NCBI GenBank assembly: GCA_947629375.1
Contig: CANRDN010000002.1
Location: 3,425-67,424 of the forward strand
Direction of reading: 5' to 3'
Length of the DNA: 64,000 nt
Source: an uncultured Bacilli bacterium
Lineage (GTDB): Bacteria > Bacillota_I > Bacilli_A > RF39 > UBA660
Shown: positions 17,192 to 25,077 of the stretch, piece by piece
Position numbering within the stretch: position 1 is the stretch's first letter
How the letters are laid out: every line of letters begins with the position of its first letter
Program-made: the position numbers and the translations under genes
The notes under the pieces: generated by a model
Told to the model about the DNA's origin: nothing
The model's database searches: none
What the model saw: only the letters and a program-made list of their open reading frames with translations

Positions 17192-18104
17192 TTATTTAAT
17201 CCTTTCTACCGATAAAATTTCTATTGATTCTAAAATAAAAAGTATCATTGATAAAATTGATAATAAAGATATAGATATCATAAAATATACCTATCCTGAT
17301 AATGATATCGCAACAGTATTAGAAGATTTAAATACTTATAATTTCTTATCTAATTTAAAAGTAATAATTTATAATAATTGTTCATTTTTATCTAAAGATC
17401 AAGATAAGGATATTAAAAAAATAAAAACTTACTTAGAAAATCCTAGTGATAATTATCTAATTATGATTAGTGATTCCTTAAGTGAAAGAAAAGAATGTAA
17501 AGAAGTTTCAAATCTATTAGATGTAACTGATAACAACATATCATCTGAAACATTAATAAAAGATAATTTAGATGATTTAAAAATGGATTATAAAACAATA
17601 AAATACTTTTCTAGTTATTGCTTAAATAACAATGAGAAGATTATCAATGAATTAAACAAATTGAAATGTTATAAATATAGTGAAAATGATAAAAATATTA
17701 GTATAGATGATATTAATAATATTGTTATGCGTGACTATGATGAGGATATTTTTGATTTGGTTAATGCTATTGTCGAAAAGAATAAAACAAGGGCTTTTGA
17801 TTTGTACTACCGTATTTCAAAAAAAGAAAAGGATGCAGTAAACATTGTAGCAAGTGTTGCAGGTGGTATTAGAAATCTTTATAGTGTTAAAATATTATTA
17901 GAAAAAAATTATCGACAGAATGATATTTCAAATATTTTAGGAATAAAGCCCTATGCAGTTTCTATAGCATCACAAAATTGTGGAAATTACAGTACTAAAA
18001 AACTATTAGGTTTACTAGATATGCTATCAGAAATTGATTATAAAACAAAAAGTGGTAAAGGTCACAGTAATACATTGTTTGAAATGTTTTTACTTAGCCT
18101 ATAA
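17175..18104 (+). CDS. holA: DNA polymerase III delta subunit
   Basis: 309 aa; LNTYNFLSNLKVII, NELNKL, DIFDLVNAI, LGIKPYAV, EIDYKTKSG...LFEMFLL. Confidence 0.85.
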   Translation: MNQKNNYLILSTDKISIDSKIKSIIDKIDNKDIDIIKYTYPDNDIATVLEDLNTYNFLSNLKVIIYNNCSFLSKDQDKDIKKIKTYLENPSDNYLIMISDSLSERKECKEVSNLLDVTDNNISSETLIKDNLDDLKMDYKTIKYFSSYCLNNNEKIINELNKLKCYKYSENDKNISIDDINNIVMRDYDEDIFDLVNAIVEKNKTRAFDLYYRISKKEKDAVNIVASVAGGIRNLYSVKILLEKNYRQNDISNILGIKPYAVSIASQNCGNYSTKKLLGLLDMLSEIDYKTKSGKGHSNTLFEMFLLSL

Positions 18105-18120
18105 GAAGGTGTTGGTTAAG

Positions 18121-19347
18121 ATGTTAAAAAAGGCAATTACATTTTCATTTATTATGCTATTGATGCTTTTATTGTATCAAGTAGGAGTTAATTATATAAA
18201 AATAAATCATTCAATAACTTATACAATAAAGAAAGACCATGTTTATACGATAAAAGAAGATTATCAAAAAAATGATGATTTAGACCATTATTTCTTGAAA
18301 ATAACTCGTAATGATGACAAAGTCTTTCTATTTGATATTGATAATGTATTTAATAAACAAGAAGAAATCGTATCTGATATATTAGAATATAGTAAAGATG
18401 ACTTTGAATGTATAACATTAATTTATAAAAGTAAGGGTGGATACTCTGAACCATTGTGTTCAAAAGATGGAGTAGTGTATTCATACCAAGCTGCTAAAGA
18501 TTTGGTTGATCTAAGTGAGTATACAAGCAAAATAAAAAAATTTGAATTGGATAAATTTGGTGATAAAAGTAAAATAGAAGTTACAAATAATATTAACTAT
18601 AATGTAGATTATTTTGAAGATAATGAAGTTTTAGTTATGTACGATTACAAGGTAGTAAATTATATTGATAAAAAGTTTTCAAGATCAATGTCATTTTCTA
18701 ATGTCGATAATTACAAAAATACTTTAGGAACAATTGTAGGAAAGTATTATATGATGCCAAGATTTTCTACTTCGACAAGTTTTAATACATACATTAAATT
18801 TAATTTAGAAGAGGGAATAAAGAACGAAATACATATGACTTATAGAATTTCAAAGCAAGCTTATATAAATGGAGTTCACGATAAGAAACTATATGTTTTT
18901 GATCCTATAGAAAATAAACAATATGAAATAGATCCATATACAGATGAAGCCAAGATTGTTGGAGACGAAAATAACGATGGTATCATTTATGTAAATGGTA
19001 AAAAGAAAAGTATATCAGTATATGATTTACAAAAAGAACAAGTTAAATTTAGTGAAGATGAGGAAAGATTTAAAAATATAGATTATGATAGAATATACAT
19101 TGGTGAAATGAAGACGATTTATCAAAAAGATGGAAGTTTTTATAAGATATACAATGATTATCCAGAATATCCAATATATTTATTTACAGACAAAGATGCT
19201 GAAAGGGTAATAGTACGAAATGAAAATGTTTACTATTTAAAAGATGATTCTATATATAGATATGATAAATATGGTAATGTATTACTAGCTCAAAAGAATG
19301 AATTAAAATATAACAAGGACAATACATTTGACATTTATTTAAAATAG
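18121..19347 (+). CDS. Membrane-anchored extracellular protein of unknown function (beta-rich)
   Basis: ATG at 18121 after AAGGTG; single N-terminal TM and a Tyr-rich beta-type body. Confidence 0.6.
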   Translation: MLKKAITFSFIMLLMLLLYQVGVNYIKINHSITYTIKKDHVYTIKEDYQKNDDLDHYFLKITRNDDKVFLFDIDNVFNKQEEIVSDILEYSKDDFECITLIYKSKGGYSEPLCSKDGVVYSYQAAKDLVDLSEYTSKIKKFELDKFGDKSKIEVTNNINYNVDYFEDNEVLVMYDYKVVNYIDKKFSRSMSFSNVDNYKNTLGTIVGKYYMMPRFSTSTSFNTYIKFNLEEGIKNEIHMTYRISKQAYINGVHDKKLYVFDPIENKQYEIDPYTDEAKIVGDENNDGIIYVNGKKKSISVYDLQKEQVKFSEDEERFKNIDYDRIYIGEMKTIYQKDGSFYKIYNDYPEYPIYLFTDKDAERVIVRNENVYYLKDDSIYRYDKYGNVLLAQKNELKYNKDNTFDIYLK

Positions 19348-19370
19348 AAGAGCAAAATCTTCTGTTTTTT
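19346..19370 (+). terminator. Rho-independent terminator
   Basis: AGAAGA-gcaaaa-TCTTCT followed by gTTTTT. Confidence 0.5.
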
Positions 19371-19431
19371 AATTAATTAATCTTTATAACTTAAAAAAAA
19401 TAATGTATACTTATATCATAGGGTGATTGTG

Positions 19432-21126
19432 ATGATACTAAAGAGACCATATGCTTTTTTAGTAAAGCATTTTAGAATTATTCATGCAATACTATTACTA
19501 TGTTTTGGTTTTATTACTATGAAAACATGGGATATAGTTAGTTTCTTTGGAACTTATATTAGAAATGATCAAACGGTTTCAGACATTAAGGAACTTGCTG
19601 ATACTTATGTAACAACATCGATGTATTTTGTAGTTATATTGTCGTTAATTGTATCCTGTATTATCATTTATCTTTTAAGGTATAAGAAGAAACCAATATT
19701 AGTTTATTTATATATGACTATCTTAGATATAATCTTGATAGTTGCTTATTACTATTTATATTCATTTTTATATGATATGCAATTTTCAGCTCCAGATCTG
19801 AGAGTTGTTAATATCATAAGAGATATGTTTAGATTATTAACAGTTGCGCATTTACCATTGTTAGTAATCTGCTTTATAAGAGCAATCGGTTTTGATGTAA
19901 AGAAATTTGATTTCAAAAAAGATATCCTAGATTTAGGAATAGAAACATCAGATAACGAAGAGTATGAATTTGATATAAACATAGATAAAGATGATTTCAA
20001 AGAGAAATTTAATAGAGGTTCAAGATTATTTAAATACTTTTATAAAGAGAATAAATTTATCTTCACTGGTCTTGAAATAATAGTAGGGGTAGCAGTATTA
20101 GTATTTGTCGTTACATTAATTAAAAATAGAGAAATATTTTATAGTGAAAACGATGCTTTTGATGTTGGAAATTTGAGAATACAAGTCCTAGAAAGCTACA
20201 AGACAGATAGAGACGCTATTGGAGTTAAATTCAATTCTAAATATTTTTATATCGTTACAAAAGTAAGATTTACAAACAATGCAGGTTACGATACTACTAT
20301 TAACACTGGTAATATGAAAGTTGAATATTCAGATGGCGCTAGTACAATGGTTATTAAAAATTTAAATGAAAGAATGAGTGAATTCGGTACAAATTATTTT
20401 TCTCAAATATTAAGAGCATCTGAAACAAGAGATTTTGTTTTTATCTTTGAAGTTCCAAATGAATATTATAATGAAGATTTCGTTTTTAAATATTTAAATA
20501 GTTTAACTCTCGAAGAAAATGAATTGAAGTATGAATATTTAAAAGTTAAACTTTCTCCAAAAGAATTCGATGACAAAGTTAAAAAAGTATCAACAAAAGA
20601 AATAGGGGAAAAGTTAACATTTAAAGAAAGCGTACTAGGTAATACAAATATTACAATTAATAGTATGGAATTATCTGACAGTTTCTTATATAAAATTGTA
20701 AGATGTTCAAAAGATACTTGTACTCAAAAAGTAAATCAAATTACACCAGATCAAACCCAAGGTTATGACTTAACAGTTATGAAATTAAATATAGATTTAA
20801 ATTTTGATAGAGATAAACTTGGAAGTAAATATAATGTGACTAATTTTATTACAAAATATGGAAGTATTAGATTTGTAATTAATGGAAAAGAATACAATAA
20901 TAGTAATAAAAATAGTAATAATGAATATCTTTTGAAACTAAATGATATAACTCCTTATATTACAGATAATTATGTATATTTAGAAGTAAGGGATAGATTA
21001 AAAAGTGCAGAAAAAATATATCTTGATTTTACTATAAGAGATAAAGTCTATACTTATGTTTTAAAGGATACTACCAAAGAAGAAGTAAAAGAAGAAACAG
21101 AAACACCAGTAGAAGAAAAAAAATAA
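19432..21126 (+). CDS. Polytopic membrane protein with extracellular Ig-like (DUF4352-like) domains
   Basis: Four N-terminal TMs, an acidic loop and a fifth TM, then YIVTKVRFTN...ETRDFVFIFEVP. Confidence 0.55.
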   Translation: MILKRPYAFLVKHFRIIHAILLLCFGFITMKTWDIVSFFGTYIRNDQTVSDIKELADTYVTTSMYFVVILSLIVSCIIIYLLRYKKKPILVYLYMTILDIILIVAYYYLYSFLYDMQFSAPDLRVVNIIRDMFRLLTVAHLPLLVICFIRAIGFDVKKFDFKKDILDLGIETSDNEEYEFDINIDKDDFKEKFNRGSRLFKYFYKENKFIFTGLEIIVGVAVLVFVVTLIKNREIFYSENDAFDVGNLRIQVLESYKTDRDAIGVKFNSKYFYIVTKVRFTNNAGYDTTINTGNMKVEYSDGASTMVIKNLNERMSEFGTNYFSQILRASETRDFVFIFEVPNEYYNEDFVFKYLNSLTLEENELKYEYLKVKLSPKEFDDKVKKVSTKEIGEKLTFKESVLGNTNITINSMELSDSFLYKIVRCSKDTCTQKVNQITPDQTQGYDLTVMKLNIDLNFDRDKLGSKYNVTNFITKYGSIRFVINGKEYNNSNKNSNNEYLLKLNDITPYITDNYVYLEVRDRLKSAEKIYLDFTIRDKVYTYVLKDTTKEEVKEETETPVEEKK

Positions 21127-21153
21127 ACCTATAAAGAAATTTATAGGTTTTTT
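21125..21153 (+). terminator. Rho-independent terminator
   Basis: AAACCTATAAA-gaaa-TTTATAGGTTT followed by Ts. Confidence 0.75.
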
Positions 21154-21198
21154 CATCTACAAATCAATATAAAGTAATTTAGTTCTAATATTATTCGG

Positions 21199-21227
21199 TT
21201 GACATAGAATAAAATATATTATAAAAT
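21199..21227 (+). promoter_or_regulatory. sigma-A promoter of tRNA-Cys
   Basis: TTGACA (21199-21204), 17 bp, TAAAAT (21222-21227). Confidence 0.8.
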
Positions 21228-21241
21228 ATTCTTGTTGCAAT

Positions 21242-21315
21242 GGGTCTATAGCCAAGTGGTAAGGCATGGGACTGCAACTCCCCGATCGTTGGTTCAAATC
21301 CGACTAGGCCCTCCA
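21242..21315 (+). tRNA. tRNA-Cys (GCA)
   Basis: Acceptor stem GGGTCTA/TAGGCCC, D arm GCC..GGC, anticodon loop CT-GCA-AC (21274-21276), T loop GTTCAAATC, discriminator T, encoded CCA. Confidence 0.95.
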
Positions 21316-21357
21316 ATATTAATTGATACTCGAACTTCTAATTCGAGAGTAATAAAT

Positions 21358-21381
21358 GCTAACAAAAATGTTAGTTTTTTT
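21358..21381 (+). terminator. Terminator after tRNA-Cys
   Basis: GCTAACA-aaaa-TGTTAGT followed by a T run; a second hairpin (CTCGAA/TTCGAG) lies just upstream. Confidence 0.65.
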
Positions 21382-21567
21382 ATTATTTAAGTAAAAATAA
21401 TTAATTAGAGTATACTAATAAACAAAAAAATTAAGGATAAACAAAGGGTTAAAAAAATTTTGAACAATATATTTAAAACCATATTCAATCGAAAATAGTT
21501 AACATTTTTAAAAAAGTGATTTTAATAGATAAAAATTGGAATTATGATTTTTCATAACTCCAATTTC

Positions 21568-21816
21568 CTATTTTCTATCTTTAAAAAATTCCGCCCAATA
21601 TGGATTTTCTTCATCAAATACTTTTTTTTCTACATCTGACAAATTATAGGGATAATCTTTAAATAAATTATATATTTTTTTCTTATCAAATGAAAATAAG
21701 TGTTCTCCAATTTTATCTTTATTTTCTACCCACCAAATAGTATCTGATTCCATTTTTTTATAAAATTCAACATTTGATGTGCCTTTTTCTACATTTTCCT
21801 TACCATATTCTTCCAT
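21568..21816 (-). CDS. Small conserved-looking hypothetical protein (family often phage/MGE-associated)
   Basis: ATG at 21816 after GGAGG; motif WWV....IGEHLFSFDKKKIYNLF.DYP..L...EK..FDEENPYWA.FF.DR. Confidence 0.65.
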   Translation of the reverse strand: MEEYGKENVEKGTSNVEFYKKMESDTIWWVENKDKIGEHLFSFDKKKIYNLFKDYPYNLSDVEKKVFDEENPYWAEFFKDRK

Positions 21817-21934
21817 TTTAAGAACCTCCAAAAACTAAAATAAATATAGCATAATTTTAAACACAGTTCAATTTTAAATGTAAATTTATACAATTTTTAT
21901 TATCAAAAATGTAAAATATGTAATATAATCATAT

Positions 21935-22047
21935 TAGTTAGTAATTTATTACTTCCTTATTATTAAGCACGGAAAGAATTATTTGACTTCTTCTCTATAC
22001 GTTCCATAGAAATAATAAAGGAATTCTGAAATATGAGTTTCTTTTTT
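21935..22047 (+). ncRNA. Candidate structured small RNA
   Basis: TATAAT at 21924-21929. TTCCTTATTATT (21953-21964) can pair with AATAATAAAGGAA (22011-22023). Terminator AAAGGAATTC/GAGTTTCTTT plus T run. No ORF. The 5' end is estimated. Confidence 0.35.
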
Positions 22048-22178
22048 ATTTATATATAAAAAGTTAAATTGTTAGTTCTAAATAAAATCGTTAATAGTTT
22101 TTGATTATCTCACTATGAAATTAATTAAAAATACCCCTCCTTTTGGAAGTGTATTGTTGTGCTTTCATTTAAACTTTT

Positions 22179-23042
22179 TTATTCGAAGTTTTTAAGTGAT
22201 TCTTTCATTGTATCTGTATCGTAATTAACTCTATAACCATTTCTTGCTTGCTGTAGTAACAACTTCTTTTGCAGTTTTAATTTAGAACTATCTTTGCTTA
22301 CAAATAAAATACCATATAAATCATCAAAAGTATTTGAATGAAATAAGTCTGATTCATCCAATTTTTCTGCAATATCAAGTTTAAGCTTTCCAAGTTTAGT
22401 TCTTAAAAGTTTATAAAACTCCTCATCACTTATGTTATTTAAAGGTGAAAGATAAGGATCTCCCCATAATTGGTTCATTGCTTCCCCACAAGATAATATA
22501 GAATCTAAAAGGTTTCCTTCTTCTCGTCCTTGGTCTTTGATTAACTCTTTAAATAATTTTCTTTCTTCAATTCTATTTTCTAACTTTTTCTTAACCTCAA
22601 GTAATAATTCTTTTTGATATTCATAATCACCGTTATTAATTCTTTTATTTATGTTTTTAAGTTCTGCATTACATAACTTTGAGAAAAAATTCTTTCTAAA
22701 AGACCTTTCATCAATCAAATGTTTTTCACTAAATAATAAAGAATCATATTTATCTAAATCATAATTTTTAAGTCTAGATCTATTATAGTACTTGAAATAT
22801 GTTTCCATAAATTGTTGCATATTTACATTGGGAGATATTAAATAATTATCAATATCAAGTCCACGCATCTTTATTACCTTATCATCAAGATGTAATATGT
22901 CATTATAATTATAACTAACATTTTTAAGTCTTGCTTTTAACTCAATTTCTGCATATTGTCTTAGAACATCATCATTTTTATCATTTAAAATAATCAAAAT
23001 TAAATTAGATATACTAAGGTTTTTTAAATTTTCAATTTCCAT
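22179..23042 (-). CDS. Hypothetical helical soluble protein
   Basis: 287 aa ORF with RBS GGAGGG; no recognisable motif. Confidence 0.65.
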   Translation of the reverse strand: MEIENLKNLSISNLILIILNDKNDDVLRQYAEIELKARLKNVSYNYNDILHLDDKVIKMRGLDIDNYLISPNVNMQQFMETYFKYYNRSRLKNYDLDKYDSLLFSEKHLIDERSFRKNFFSKLCNAELKNINKRINNGDYEYQKELLLEVKKKLENRIEERKLFKELIKDQGREEGNLLDSILSCGEAMNQLWGDPYLSPLNNISDEEFYKLLRTKLGKLKLDIAEKLDESDLFHSNTFDDLYGILFVSKDSSKLKLQKKLLLQQARNGYRVNYDTDTMKESLKNFE

Positions 23043-23157
23043 ATAAACCCTCCATAGCTAAATTATATCATAAAGTATTATTTATTTGAAATAATCTATA
23101 TGTATGTTATAATATATCTCGTGTTTAAAAAGAGGGCATTAAAAAGAAGGCTTTAAA

Positions 23158-24285
23158 ATGAAATACGATATAAATGTAGAAAGAGAAAAATTAGACGAAA
23201 TTAACGAAAAATTTGTTGAATATATGAAAAATTACCCAAAGAAGAGTATTTCTTTAACTGCAATAGGTAATTCTATAAGTGATGGTTTTTCATTTTCTGA
23301 ACCAGATAGACCACTACTGGATAGAAATCTTGAATTAATTGAATTAGCAAAAAGAAATGGATTAGTTATTAAGAAAAATCAACTTTCAAGAAGTGAAAAT
23401 AATAATTCTTTAGCAGTAGCAAGTTGGATTAGAAATGGCTGTACAGAGCAGGATTGCTATGATTGGAATAAAGAAGATTATAGAAGAAATGCAAGAGAAG
23501 GAAAGACTTTACTATCAGAAGAAGAAATCGAAAAGTATTTTTCTAATGGTAATAAAGAAAGCATTGAAGATGTGATTTTAAATCCTATGGAAGATGCTAA
23601 TATTGTTATTATTAACTTAGGAACTGGTTCTTTATTAGATGTTTTAGTGAGAAGTGGAAAAATTACTTTTTCGAATATTTCTAATTCAGTACAGAGAGAT
23701 TTGAGAGGTATATCAGAAATATTAGAACTAATTCAAGATAACAATAGACAAAACAATTCCCATACGCAAGTTTATTTATGTGGAGCTCCAAGAGTTATGG
23801 ACACTCAAATAACAGAACTTGTTATGAATAATGCTATGAAAAGATTAGGTAAGGAGTATGCCAATGTTACTTTTGTACCATCTTTTCCAAGAAGGGCTCT
23901 TTATAGGACTGTTTATGGAACAATTTTTCCTGATACTCATTATGATAAAGCTGAGTATTATCACTTGTTAAGTAATATTGAAAAGTCAATCATTGATAAC
24001 TATTTGGGTAAAGAATTATTAATAGAGTTAGATAGAATTCTTTATAAACTTTCTTTAGATAATGATTTAAAAGATGAAAAATATACAACTGAAAAGGCAG
24101 TATTCGAAATACAAAAAATGGCAAAACAGTATAAAGAAAATGGAGGAGATGTAAATACTTTCCTTAACCTTACCAAAGAGTATATGAAGTATAGATATCC
24201 ATTTGATTTTTATAGATTATCTCCAAATGAGAAGTTGGATAAAAGCGTTGGAAGTTTACAAAAGAAATTAATAAAAAATAAGTAA
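23158..24285 (+). CDS. Divergent SGNH/GDSL hydrolase-like protein
   Basis: Block I-like LTAIGNSISDG, block III-like IVIINLGTG, block V-like PDTH; extended -10 TGTTATAAT at about 23105. Confidence 0.55.
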   Translation: MKYDINVEREKLDEINEKFVEYMKNYPKKSISLTAIGNSISDGFSFSEPDRPLLDRNLELIELAKRNGLVIKKNQLSRSENNNSLAVASWIRNGCTEQDCYDWNKEDYRRNAREGKTLLSEEEIEKYFSNGNKESIEDVILNPMEDANIVIINLGTGSLLDVLVRSGKITFSNISNSVQRDLRGISEILELIQDNNRQNNSHTQVYLCGAPRVMDTQITELVMNNAMKRLGKEYANVTFVPSFPRRALYRTVYGTIFPDTHYDKAEYYHLLSNIEKSIIDNYLGKELLIELDRILYKLSLDNDLKDEKYTTEKAVFEIQKMAKQYKENGGDVNTFLNLTKEYMKYRYPFDFYRLSPNEKLDKSVGSLQKKLIKNK

Positions 24286-24306
24286 ACAGAAATTCTGTTT
24301 ACTTTT
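24280..24306. terminator. Bidirectional terminator between convergent genes
   Basis: Inverted repeat AAGTAAACAGA(A/T)TCTGTTTACTT with A and T flanks. Confidence 0.7.
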
Positions 24307-24955
24307 ATAATGTCCATTTATCTTCTTGTTTCTCTTGATTATCGTTTGTTTTTGGCTTTCTTATATAAAATTCTACATTTGTTTCTTCTTTCCCTTTTTT
24401 AAACTTTACTGAATAAGAACCATCACCTTCGTATATAAAATATAAATATTTAGTGTATGACATACCTGATTTTAAATCTTTGGCGTAGTATAGAGATTCA
24501 TCAAAGTATGCAGCTACTTCGTCCATTGGAGAACCAATCTGATTATATAGAGTATAGTAATATAAGTTTAAAGAATAGTCTTTATATGTTAAATTTTTAA
24601 TCTCTACTGGAATCTTAATAACTTCTCTTCCGTTGTAGATAGAGTAAATATTATTAAGTTTTTCAAAAGTGTAATTATGCTTTAAAGTTATTTCTAAATT
24701 ATCAAAAACAAAAGTTTCTTCCATATAATAATTTTTAACATTTATGTTTTCTTCATTACTTGAAATATTTTCTTCTTTAGAATTTGATTCAAGTTCTTTT
24801 TTATCTTTGAAGTACCATAATCCAAAAAATAATGTTAGTGAAATTACTATGAATAGTAAGAAAGTCATAATAGACATACAAGTTGTCAATCTTTTTAAAT
24901 ATATCATTCCACTTTCTAGATAATAATTATTTTCTTCTTTAATATTCTTTTTCAT
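24305..24955 (-). CDS. Membrane-anchored DUF4352-like Ig-fold protein
   Basis: Single TM, then ETFVFDNLEIT...IKIPVEIKN...DLKSG....KYLYF.Y.GDG.Y. Confidence 0.6.
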   Translation of the reverse strand: MKKNIKEENNYYLESGMIYLKRLTTCMSIMTFLLFIVISLTLFFGLWYFKDKKELESNSKEENISSNEENINVKNYYMEETFVFDNLEITLKHNYTFEKLNNIYSIYNGREVIKIPVEIKNLTYKDYSLNLYYYTLYNQIGSPMDEVAAYFDESLYYAKDLKSGMSYTKYLYFIYEGDGSYSVKFKKGKEETNVEFYIRKPKTNDNQEKQEDKWTL

Positions 24956-25077
24956 AATAATACCTCAATCTAAGAACTTACTATAACATAAAGCTTTATC
25001 GTTTTAAAGTAAAAAAATTAAAAAATATTTAGGAAAAATTTTATAGACGAATAATAATCTTATTGAGGAGGTGAGAT

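Noticed and set aside
3360-21315. Canonical ICE integrated at tRNA-Cys
   Set aside because: No integrase, relaxase or att duplication was seen, and holA lies between the T4SS genes and the tRNA.
25031-25052. Canonical B. subtilis sigma-H promoter (AGGA...GAAT)
   Set aside because: There are only 14 nt between AGGA and GAAT, shorter than typical; kept only as a weak cin-box-like note.
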